A DNA stretch of 18,671 bases from Gemmatimonadota bacterium (GTDB lineage: Bacteria; Gemmatimonadota; Gemmatimonadetes; Palauibacterales; Palauibacteraceae), in the NCBI GenBank assembly GCA_039588275.1, contig JBDHAC010000064.1, positions 1-18,671 of the forward strand. Reading direction: 5' to 3'. This document shows positions 9,239 to 15,799 of the stretch, one piece after another. How positions within the stretch are numbered: the first letter of the stretch is position 1; each line of letters opens with the position of its first letter. The notes below the pieces were generated by a model. The model saw only the letters and a list, made by a program, of their open reading frames with translations, was not told the DNA's origin and made no database searches. Made by a program: the position numbers and the translations under genes.

Positions 9239-9934
9239 TTGCCGGACCTGACGCGACACCAGCTCGGCGCCCTCCTTCTCGCCGCGTTGCGGCACGAAGG
9301 ACTCGGGTCGCGAGATACGTTCGAAGGGCGACAGGAGCCTCTCTCCTGGTTCTTCCGGGTACTGGCGTACGACCAGTCCGAGCTCGACATCCTCGAATCC
9401 GGGGCCGTGGATACCCTGTACGCCCCATCCGCTATGGTGGAGCTGGTCATCGACGAGATGGCCCTCGGGCTGCTGAACATCGGGCGGGAGGGAGTGTCCA
9501 CGTACCTGGTTCGGGAGGCTGAGTCGGGCGCGGAGCGGTTGAGTCCGGACGCCTTCGACGTGGACCCCGACGTGATGCTCGGCTTTCTCCACATCGATGT
9601 CGCTCCCCCGTCGCTGTGGCTCGATCAACGCGAATCCAATCCGGCGCTCAATGAAGAGCTCGCTTCGGGGCTGACCGGTCTGGCTCAGGAGATCGGGACT
9701 GCCTCAGACGCAGTGGAAGTGCATATCGAGGGCGCCCTGGATCCCTCCGGAGGCTGGGCCGATCCGCAGGAGAACGTGCGCCCGGCGGGTGTCGCGATCC
9801 ACTTCAGCTTCGACATCCCACTGGTGGGCACGGAGGAGCGGGAGTTGGCGACGATCTTCAGCAGAGGAGCCGCGGTGGCCGCCGAAACGGTGGAGCGCCT
9901 GCGTTCGGTGTTCCGCATGAACGGGGACGAGTAG
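9239..9934 (+). CDS. hypothetical acidic protein
   Basis: 231-codon ORF with high GC3 and normal amino-acid composition, co-oriented with the upstream gene. The TTG start is uncertain and I recognise no motif. Confidence 0.65.
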   Translation: MPDLTRHQLGALLLAALRHEGLGSRDTFEGRQEPLSWFFRVLAYDQSELDILESGAVDTLYAPSAMVELVIDEMALGLLNIGREGVSTYLVREAESGAERLSPDAFDVDPDVMLGFLHIDVAPPSLWLDQRESNPALNEELASGLTGLAQEIGTASDAVEVHIEGALDPSGGWADPQENVRPAGVAIHFSFDIPLVGTEERELATIFSRGAAVAAETVERLRSVFRMNGDE

Positions 9935-9998
9935 CCGCCCCGCGTCGATGCCGCGTGCGGTCACTCCTCTCCCGCGTGCGGTTTCTTTCCGCCTGCGA

Positions 9999-10808
9999 TT
10001 ACGGCTCTTGCTGCTCTCCTTGCTGCTCTTGCTGCTCTCCTTGCTGCTCTTGCTGCTCTCCGCCGTCCTTCAGCGCCAGAAGCTCGTCGATCGCGGTGCG
10101 AAAGTTCTCGATCGGAGCGGCGCCTCGAATCGCTACGCTGTCGGCGAGGATGAAATAGGGCGTGCTGGAGATCCCGGCCCGCATGACGTTCGTGTAATCT
10201 CCGAGCAGGAAGGGCGCGAGAAGATCGTCACGCATGCAGGCCCCGAACGACGCGGGGTCGATGCCCAGTTCCTCCGCGTATTCGACGAACGTCGTGAACG
10301 GATCGGCGGCTGACGACCATTCTCCCTGGCGCTCGAACAGGACGTCGTGCATCGGCCAGAACTTGCCGACCGCTCCGGCGCAGAACGCGGCCTCGATCGA
10401 GGGCCACGCGCGCGAGTGACCGGGGTTCGCGTACGAGATCCAGACGTATCTGACCTTCCCGGTCTGGATGTAGAGGCTGTCGAGGGCCCCCATCGTCTCC
10501 TCGTAATACTGCCGACAGAAGGGACACTCGAAGTCGGAGATCTCGACGATTCGAATCGGCGCGTCCTCGTCTCCCTTCACCCGCGCCTGGTCCGCACGGT
10601 CCCTGGCCACGCGGGCGTCACTGGGAACCACGACGAGGTCCTGCGAGCCGTTGGCATCCTGGGCGCAGCCGCTGGCCGAGATCGCCAGCAGCACGACGAC
10701 GACTGCCGTGAGATGCGGCGTCGGGCGGAGAGCCAGCGTCGGGCGGCGAGCCAACGTCGCGGATCGGGCTCGCCTGCGCGGAAGTGGATGCTTCGTTTCG
10801 TTCCTCAT
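9999..10808 (-). CDS. DsbA/BdbD-family thioredoxin-fold oxidoreductase, probable lipoprotein
   Basis: SDFECPFC active site, AVGKFWPMHDVLF, and cis-Pro loop GISSTPYF. A hydrophobic segment ends in lipobox-like ASGC. Start placed at ATG 10808 behind GAGGAG; the track's 10955 start overlaps the decarboxylase. Confidence 0.88.
   Translation of the reverse strand: MRNETKHPLPRRRARSATLARRPTLALRPTPHLTAVVVVLLAISASGCAQDANGSQDLVVVPSDARVARDRADQARVKGDEDAPIRIVEISDFECPFCRQYYEETMGALDSLYIQTGKVRYVWISYANPGHSRAWPSIEAAFCAGAVGKFWPMHDVLFERQGEWSSAADPFTTFVEYAEELGIDPASFGACMRDDLLAPFLLGDYTNVMRAGISSTPYFILADSVAIRGAAPIENFRTAIDELLALKDGGEQQEQQGEQQEQQGEQQEP
10005..10061 (-). repeat. 21-bp tandem repeat (~2.7 copies) encoding the GEQQEQQ tail of the DsbA protein
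   Basis: Unit CTCTTGCTGCTCTCCTTGCTG (+ strand) at 10005-10025 and 10026-10046, with a partial copy at 10047-10061. Confidence 0.9.
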
Positions 10809-10887
10809 GGCGTTCCGGCTCCTCAGTGTCCCCTCGTCAGTCTCCCCAGACCGCCCCATCACGGTCTGACCCGCGGCCCTCATCCGG

Positions 10888-12429
10888 TCACGCCGCGTCC
10901 TCGCCCCCGTGCAGCACGCGGTCGTACGCCACACACAAGCCCTCGAAGGCGGCAACGACGTCCTCTTCCCGTGTGTGAACGCTCCCGACCGACAGGCGCA
11001 GAGTATAACGCCCCCCGAGGACGGTGTGCGAGAGAAACACGCGCCCCTCCGCGTTCAGCGCCTCCAGCACGCGGTGGCCCAGCGCATCGGCCTCCTCCGG
11101 CGTCCGGCCGTCCCCGGGCTCTCCGTCACCATCCGCATCCGCGACCGGCCGAAAACAGACCGTGCTGAACGAGACCGGGGCGGCAAGCTCGAAGCGTCCA
11201 TCTCGCTCGAGCCGCTCGCCGAACTCGCGTGCCCATCCAATGTGGTCTCGCAACGTGTCGGACAGACGATCGGTTCCGAGCCCTCGAAACAGGAACCACA
11301 GCTTCAACGCGCGGAACCGACGCCCCAGCGAGAGCCCGTAGTCCATCAGGTTCGGAGCGCCGGGATGTTCGGACTCCAGATAGGTCGGCGTGAGCGCCAG
11401 CGACCGGCGAAACGGTTCGCCGTCGCGAAAGAGCAGGACGCTGCAGTCTAGCGGCGTCCCCATCCACTTGTGCGGGTTGAGGACGATGGAGTCGGCCAGC
11501 TCCCAGCCCTCGAACTCGGGGCGAAGCTCCTGGAGCATGGCCGCAGGTCCCGCGTACGCCGCGTCCACGTGCAGCCAGCAGCCGAAGCGCCGCGCCGCGT
11601 CGGCGATGTCGGCCACCGGGTCGACGCTCGCCGTCGACGTGGTACCGAGCGTGGCACACACGAATGTCGGACGCACCCCGGCATCCACATCCCGCTCTAG
11701 CGCCTCCTCGAGCGCCTCGGCGTCCATCCGGAAGCGCTCGTCGACCGGAATGCGCCGCACGTACCTCTGCCCGAGGCCCGCGGCGATCGCCGCCTTCTCG
11801 AGCGACGAGTGGGCCTGATCGGAGACGTAGACGCCGAGGGCCGGATGGTCCGCGTTTCCGGCCAGACCGCGTTCGCGGACGCTCTCCCCCGAGACCTCGC
11901 GCGCTGCGAGGAGCGCGGTGAAGCTCGCGGCCGACGCCGTGTCCATGATCACCCCCCGGAAGGCAGACGGCAGCCCGACCGCCTGACGAAGCCAGTCGAT
12001 CGTGACCAGCTCCAGCTCCGTGGCGGCGGGTGACGTCCGCCACAGCATCGCGTTGACCCCGAGCCCCGCGATGACGAGCTCGGCCAGGACGCTCGGGCCA
12101 GCCGCCGAGCTGGCGAAATACGCCATGAAGCCGGGGTGATTCCAGTGGGTGAGCCCGGGGACGATGATCTCGTCGAGATCGGCCAGGATTCGGTCGATCG
12201 GTTCTCCCGCAGCCGGCGGGTGGGCCGGCAGCCGCTCGCGCACGTCGTTCGGCTCGAGACGCGAGAGCACCGGGAACGACCCGACCTCCTCGCGGTACCG
12301 GGTCACCCAGTCAGCCACCCGTAGGAGCGCCTCGCGAAACTCGCTCGGTGTCAGATCCGCGGCGCCCTCGCTCCGACCGTCGTCCGGGCGCTGGCGTGTG
12401 GTGTCGGACCTCTGGTGCGTGGTATTCAT
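10888..12429 (-). CDS. group II PLP-dependent decarboxylase (aromatic L-amino-acid decarboxylase-like)
   Basis: Motifs THWNHPGFMAYF, SPAATELE, QAHSS, TLGTTST, HVDAAYAG, NPHKW (PLP lysine) and LGRRFRALKLWF. Start set at ATG 12429 (uncertain) because the longer track ORF overlaps the helicase. Confidence 0.92.
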   Translation of the reverse strand: MNTTHQRSDTTRQRPDDGRSEGAADLTPSEFREALLRVADWVTRYREEVGSFPVLSRLEPNDVRERLPAHPPAAGEPIDRILADLDEIIVPGLTHWNHPGFMAYFASSAAGPSVLAELVIAGLGVNAMLWRTSPAATELELVTIDWLRQAVGLPSAFRGVIMDTASAASFTALLAAREVSGESVRERGLAGNADHPALGVYVSDQAHSSLEKAAIAAGLGQRYVRRIPVDERFRMDAEALEEALERDVDAGVRPTFVCATLGTTSTASVDPVADIADAARRFGCWLHVDAAYAGPAAMLQELRPEFEGWELADSIVLNPHKWMGTPLDCSVLLFRDGEPFRRSLALTPTYLESEHPGAPNLMDYGLSLGRRFRALKLWFLFRGLGTDRLSDTLRDHIGWAREFGERLERDGRFELAAPVSFSTVCFRPVADADGDGEPGDGRTPEEADALGHRVLEALNAEGRVFLSHTVLGGRYTLRLSVGSVHTREEDVVAAFEGLCVAYDRVLHGGEDAA

Positions 12430-12505
12430 TCGAGTCCTGATCTCGCTGACATGGAAATTGTCGAGCTGACGTCGTAACGCCGAAAAGGTAAGCGTCCGAG
12501 CCCGA

Positions 12506-14521
12506 ATGCCAGACCTCGCGCGACCCGATACCGGAACCGGATCCGACCCGGGTGACTCGTCCGCGGAGCCGCCCGAGGACCTGTGGCTGCTGATCGCGGA
12601 TTGCCAGCGCGCCCTCGAGGAGGAGATCGAGGCCGTGCGCGCCGATCTCGCCCGGCGCGGGCTCGAGGCGCCGATCCCCTCGCCCTGGGGCCGTTTGAGC
12701 CGGGACGGGGGTGCGGGCTTCGAGTACTCCTTCCAGCTCCCGGGAAGACGCCTGGACATTCGACCCGAGGATCGGGTCCGCGTGCGGGTCGACGGACGCG
12801 AGACGCTCGGGGTCGTACGCCGCCACGACCGCAGGTTGGGCGCGCTCCACGTCATCGCACCCGAGTGGCTCGGCGAACGGCTGGGCGCGTCGGAGCTGGA
12901 GTTCGACCCGACGTGGCTTCTGCGCGAGCTGTCCCTGCGGCTGGATGACATCGTGGACGCACCGGAGGCCTACTTCACCGAGACGATCCGCGGTCTGTTC
13001 GGCCGCCGGCCCCCGACCGTGGGCCGCGTCCCCGGGGACCGACCCGCCTGGCTGACGTTGAACGAGCCTCAGGTGGCGGCGCTCGAGCGCATCCTCGGGA
13101 GCGAGGTGCAGCTCGTATGGGGACCACCGGGGACGGGAAAGACCCAGTTGGTGGCGCAGGCGGCGGTGGAGCTGAGCGCCGAGGGCCGCGTACTGGTCGT
13201 CGCCGGGACGAACGGAGCCGTGGACGAGGTCGCCGCACGGATCCGCTCTCTCATGGACCCGCAGTCGATCTCCGCCAACCAGGTGATCCGGGTGGGCGCC
13301 GAGTTCGGAGGTGCCTCGGACCCCGAGCTCTCTTTGGAGGCCGCTGTACAGCGCCGGATCGAGGGTGGGGCGGGCGGCATCGCCCGCGCGCTGGACGAGC
13401 TCGAGGGCCAGCACGACCTGCGCGCCCCGGCCGGAAACGGTCCCGCCCCCGGCGCCCGGGCCCGGTTGGCTCGACTGCGCGCCGTGGCCCTCGGCGGTGA
13501 CGATCCGGGCGCGGGTCGCACGTTGGGGCGGCTGGCGGTGGCGGTCACCCGCCAGGCGATCCTGGCGCTCGAGGACGCGGACGTCGTGCTCACGACGCTC
13601 GCCCGGCTGGCCGTGCGCGAGGAGCTCCGAAACTTGCGGTTCGAATCGGTCATCCTGGACGAGGCGAGCGCGGCGCCGCTCCCCTATGCCGCCCTCGCCG
13701 CCGCGCACGCCAGGAGCCGAGCCGTGGCCGTGGGAGACTTCCAGCAGCTGCCCCCCATCGTTCAGAGCGACGGGCCTGCCGCGGATCGCTGGCTTCGGCG
13801 GGATGTCTTCCGGGAGACGGAAGTCGTGCGGGGTGGACCGTCCGGGGAGGTGGCGCTCCCGTCCCCGCGGGATGCGCTGTGCGCGATGCTCACCGTCCAG
13901 TACCGGATGGCGCCCGCGATCCGGGCTCTGGTAAGCGAGCTGTTCTATGCCGACCGGTTGGAAGACGCGCCGGAGCTGCGACGCGGGGCGCCGGGCTGGG
14001 AACCGCTCTTGCTTCTCGACACCAGCGCGCTCGACCCGCGCGTGGAGCGCCTCGAGGGCTCACGCCGGAACCGGGTGCACGCCGAGGTCGTCGTGCGGCT
14101 TCTCGAGTTGGCGGCGGACGCGGGTCTCCAGGAGGTGGCGGTGGTGTCGCCCTACCGTCAGCAGACGCGGGCCGTTCGCGAGTTGGTGACCGGTCGGTTG
14201 GGGGCGGCCGCGCCGCGCGGCCTCGAGGTGAGCACGATTCACCGGTTCCAGGGCCGTGAGAAGACCCTCGTAGTGATCGACACGGTCGACGCCCCCCCGG
14301 GTCGCAGCTGGTTCCTGGACGAGCGCCGCAACCCGGACCTCCCGCGTCTCCTGAACGTGGCGCTCTCTCGGGCGCAGGAGATGCTGGTGGTCGTCGGGTG
14401 CGTGGATGGTCTCCGCAAGACGCTCCCCCAGAGCGCGCTGCTCAATCGGGTCATCGAGCGCGTCGGGCGACACGGTCGCTCGCACCCCGCCGGCGACCTG
14501 GATCGCCTCTTTGGCCGATGA
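12506..14521 (+). CDS. superfamily 1 helicase, Upf1/DNA2/NAM7-like (AAA_11/AAA_12 type)
   Basis: Q motif LNEPQ, Walker A GPPGTGKT, Ia TNGAVDE, Walker B LDEAS, III GDFQQLPP, QYRM, SPYRQQ, V TIHRFQGREK and VI LNVALSRA. Confidence 0.92.
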   Translation: MPDLARPDTGTGSDPGDSSAEPPEDLWLLIADCQRALEEEIEAVRADLARRGLEAPIPSPWGRLSRDGGAGFEYSFQLPGRRLDIRPEDRVRVRVDGRETLGVVRRHDRRLGALHVIAPEWLGERLGASELEFDPTWLLRELSLRLDDIVDAPEAYFTETIRGLFGRRPPTVGRVPGDRPAWLTLNEPQVAALERILGSEVQLVWGPPGTGKTQLVAQAAVELSAEGRVLVVAGTNGAVDEVAARIRSLMDPQSISANQVIRVGAEFGGASDPELSLEAAVQRRIEGGAGGIARALDELEGQHDLRAPAGNGPAPGARARLARLRAVALGGDDPGAGRTLGRLAVAVTRQAILALEDADVVLTTLARLAVREELRNLRFESVILDEASAAPLPYAALAAAHARSRAVAVGDFQQLPPIVQSDGPAADRWLRRDVFRETEVVRGGPSGEVALPSPRDALCAMLTVQYRMAPAIRALVSELFYADRLEDAPELRRGAPGWEPLLLLDTSALDPRVERLEGSRRNRVHAEVVVRLLELAADAGLQEVAVVSPYRQQTRAVRELVTGRLGAAAPRGLEVSTIHRFQGREKTLVVIDTVDAPPGRSWFLDERRNPDLPRLLNVALSRAQEMLVVVGCVDGLRKTLPQSALLNRVIERVGRHGRSHPAGDLDRLFGR

Positions 14522-14588
14522 CGGTCGCGCCGTGGCCGACGACGGCGCACGGTCGGCGGCAAACCGTGGCTTTGGATCTTGAGAATCC

Positions 14589-14621
14589 GCGATCCTCAAG
14601 GGGATCGCTATCGACTTTTTT
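14589..14621 (+). terminator. possible terminator of the helicase gene
   Basis: Hairpin GCGATCC-tcaagg-GGATCGC (14589-14608). The T6 run at 14616-14621 is displaced 7 nt from the stem, so the arrangement is non-canonical. Confidence 0.35.
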
Positions 14622-14629
14622 AAAAAAGT
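14614..14629. promoter_or_regulatory. 16-bp perfect AT palindrome upstream of the ncRNA promoter (UP element or operator)
   Basis: ACTTTTTTAAAAAAGT, ending 21 bp upstream of the -35 box; near-copy at 15148-15165. Confidence 0.55.
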
Positions 14630-14650
14630 ATCATTGCGCTGTCGGCGGGG

Positions 14651-14678
14651 TTGACGCTAAAAAAATTTCTTTTATATT
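14651..14678 (+). promoter_or_regulatory. strong sigma70-type promoter with stable-RNA-like architecture
   Basis: -35 TTGACG (14651-14656), 16-bp A/T-rich spacer, -10 TATATT (14673-14678), GC-rich discriminator CCCGGC; predicted +1 near 14685. Confidence 0.8.
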
Positions 14679-14684
14679 CCCGGC

Positions 14685-14970
14685 GTGCCTTGGAAGGAGG
14701 CACCGGCCAATTCGAAAGGCCGAGGTTGTAGACGGCGCTACGGGCCGTCCGACGTGAGGTCACAAGTGCAGGGCTTAGGCTCTGACGAAGAGGCGCAAGC
14801 CTTTGGGAAAATGGGTGGCTTCGCACAGCTGGTCGGGCAGAGATGGTACCAGGTCCGTGGAGTCCCGTGAGGCCGCGCAAACGAACGGGATAGAGCTGCT
14901 GGAGCCGCAAAACATAGTCCTTCTAACTTGGCCCCTGACACCCGCAAGGGTGCGCAGGGGCTGAGTTTTT
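14685..14970 (+). ncRNA. putative ~285-nt highly structured non-coding RNA of unassigned family
   Basis: Begins at the predicted +1 with hairpin GTGCCT/AGGCAC. Further local stems: CGGCC/GGCCG, GACGGC/GCCGTC capped by C(UACG)G, AGAGGC-GCAA-GCCTTT and TCCCGT/ACGGGA. Nested long-range helices AGGGCT/AGTCCT, GGCTCT/GGAGCC and CAGCT/AGCTG. Ends in a GCAA-capped hairpin plus T-run. No convincing ORF. Confidence 0.72.
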
Positions 14971-14972
14971 CT
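14925..14972 (+). terminator. 3' terminal hairpin / intrinsic terminator of the putative ncRNA
   Basis: GGCCCCTG-a-CACCC-GCAA-GGGTG-cg-CAGGGGCT (14930-14962), extendable by AACTT/GAGTT, followed by TTTTTCT. Confidence 0.7.
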
Positions 14973-15165
14973 ATGCCTATATGGAACGTCGGGCGCTCTC
15001 CAGGCTTCGTTCTCGCGCGATCCGGGCTCGCTACAGGCTCGCTCCGTATCACGATGTGGCGCACATGCTCGAGCGCATGCCCTCCCTGTCGGTCGCCAGC
15101 CCATCAGATGGTCCTTTCCGTGTTCGCGTCGGTAAAAGGGTTTCGCGACATTTTTTAAAAAAAGT

Positions 15166-15208
15166 TGTGGATAAATTTGTGGATAAGATGTCGAAAAATT
15201 GTGAAATT
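15166..15208 (-). promoter_or_regulatory. DnaA box cluster (two perfect and two degenerate boxes)
   Basis: TGTGGATAA (reverse complement TTATCCACA) at 15166-15174 and 15178-15186; TGTCGAAAA at 15189-15197 and TGTGAAATT at 15200-15208. All are in the same orientation with an 11-12 bp period. Confidence 0.7.
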
Positions 15209-15315
15209 GTCGGCTCGAACGGGAATGTCCTGAGTGCACGAGGGAGCGCGCAGGTTTTCCCCGCGACGGCGTTTGGGGAGCGCGGGGGGAAGGTGAAGGG
15301 GCTCGGGAGAAGGGT

Positions 15316-15753
15316 ATGCGAGTCGTAGCGCAGCGCGTGAGCCGCGCGCAGGTCAGGGTGGATGGGGAGCGGGTAGGGCAGATCGGATGGGGCCTGCTGG
15401 TCCTGGTGGGGTTCGGCCCGCAAGATAACGAGGGCACGCTCCGCTGGATGGCGGAGAAGCTCTGGGGGTTGCGAGTGTTCGCGGACGACGCCGGGCGGAT
15501 GAACCGTTCGGCGTCGGAGGTGGGGGGTGGGCTGCTCGTCGTGTCCCAGTTCACGTTGTACGGGGACGCGTCCCGAGGCCTGCGGCCCTCGTTTACAGGG
15601 GCCGCCCCGCCGGAGGATGCTCGCCGCCTGTACGAGCGTTTCGTCGAGGTGTGTCGTGAGCTCGGCAGTCCTGTCGAGGAGGGCGAGTTCGGGGGGATGA
15701 TGGACGTAGAGCTCGTGAACGCCGGACCCGTAACGATCTTGCTCGAACGGTGA
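15316..15753 (+). CDS. dtd: D-aminoacyl-tRNA deacylase
   Basis: MRVVAQRV start, SQFTLYGD, RPSF, GEFGGMMDV and the Gly-cisPro motif NAGPVT; 145 aa. Confidence 0.97.
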   Translation: MRVVAQRVSRAQVRVDGERVGQIGWGLLVLVGFGPQDNEGTLRWMAEKLWGLRVFADDAGRMNRSASEVGGGLLVVSQFTLYGDASRGLRPSFTGAAPPEDARRLYERFVEVCRELGSPVEEGEFGGMMDVELVNAGPVTILLER

Positions 15754-15799
15754 TCGAGCCGTGATTGAGCCCACAGGTCCCCTTGCGCCGAGGAGTCGA

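Noticed and set aside
12430..12951. N-terminal extensions given by the ORF track for the decarboxylase (to 12951), M24 protein (to 5488) and DsbA (to 10955)
   Set aside because: They are low-complexity Ser/Arg/Pro-rich sequence overlapping neighbouring genes; downstream ATGs fit family boundaries, and for M24 and DsbA have clear RBSs.
14782..14810. Hammerhead-ribozyme-like core CUGACGA-[stem]-GAAA inside the putative RNA
   Set aside because: Two extra G residues separate stem II from GAAA, and I find no stem III partner or correctly placed UH cleavage site.
14691..14860. SRP RNA (fragments GGAAGGAG and CAGGTCCG)
   Set aside because: The fragments are far apart and in the wrong order; the contiguous CAGG-CC-GRAA-GG-AGCAG helix 8 motif is absent.
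14762..14921. Resemblance to RNase P RNA segments (GGGCTTA, GCTGCTGGAGCC) and to the group I intron S element (ACATAGTCC)
   Set aside because: There is no GAGGAAAGUCC 5' conserved region in the proper order for RNase P, and no R element (GACUA) or interrupted host gene for an intron. The matches are short; a covariance-model search is needed to exclude a highly divergent form.
14874..14965. tmRNA-like hints (GCAAACGAA resume-like codons; GGGGCTGA at 14957-14964)
   Set aside because: The frame does not end in a short ...AA-stop tag, GGGGCTGA is the 3' arm of the terminal hairpin, and there is no T-arm/acceptor end with CCA.
14620..15554. Short ORFs across the intergenic gap (14620..14910-, 14685..14870+, 14738..15064-, 14775..15554-, 14928..15158+, 14981..15328+)
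   Set aside because: Atypical codon usage, no recognisable motifs, no convincing RBS, and they run through the promoter, hairpins and DnaA boxes.
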